From Phaeosaccion multiseriatum (lineage: Eukaryota > Protista > Ochrophyta, other classes), in contig OZ218961.1 in the NCBI GenBank assembly GCA_965112735.1, forward strand, positions 682,001-746,000: DNA of 64,000 nt. Reading direction: 5' to 3'. A program made the translations under genes and the position numbers. Position 1 is the first letter of the stretch. The number at the start of each line of letters is the position of its first letter. The notes below the pieces were generated by a model. That model ran no database searches, was not told the origin of the DNA, and worked only from the letters and a program-made list of their open reading frames with translations. Positions 63,881-64,000 of this stretch are shown here, one piece after another.

Positions 63881-64000
63881 GTAGGGAGTTGGTGATACAG
63901 AGAGAGAGTGTGTGTGAGGGGAGGGAGGGAGGGAGGAAGGAAGGGAGGGGGTGGAGAGGGAGGGGGAGAGAGAGAATGGGAGGGAGAGGGACAGGGGACA

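Noticed and set aside
61640-63895. 751-aa ORF with (SVCL)n, and the antisense (QTDR)n ORF
   Set aside because: Read-through of a stop-free (TCTG)n intron. Only 61853-62146 and 63692-63880 are protein-like and bounded by AG/GT.

Overview
Eukaryotic, extremely intron-dense genomic DNA with microsatellite-filled GT-AG introns. It comes from a flagellated organism (an axonemal dynein is present); a marine protist or alga is plausible but is inference. Four genes can be reconstructed by hand-splicing. (1) The 3' end of a METTL7/TMT1-like methyltransferase (+, 14-799). (2) A 12-exon, ~1384-aa trifunctional fusion on the minus strand (11809->3864): Glu/Leu/Phe/Val-type amino-acid dehydrogenase + NikD/MSOX-like flavin oxidase + SABATH (Methyltransf_7) methyltransferase. 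Its domain order matches a hypothetical one-polypeptide route lysine -> piperideine-2-carboxylate -> picolinate -> homarine. (3) A ~42-kb outer-arm gamma-type axonemal dynein heavy chain (DNAH5/8/ODA2-like) with roughly 95-100 exons (56775->14489). (4) Divergent from it, a class II CPD photolyase whose C-terminus reads in frame into TFIIS N-terminal and central domains (+, 57319 to beyond the window end), a candidate transcription-coupled photorepair protein. The introns share a recurring, orientation-polarised motif (GTTGGTGATAC near donors, GTATCACCAAC near acceptors) and complementary microsatellites at their two ends. Several also contain degenerate copies of the adjacent exon boundary. 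Most entries in the supplied ORF track are microsatellite artefacts.
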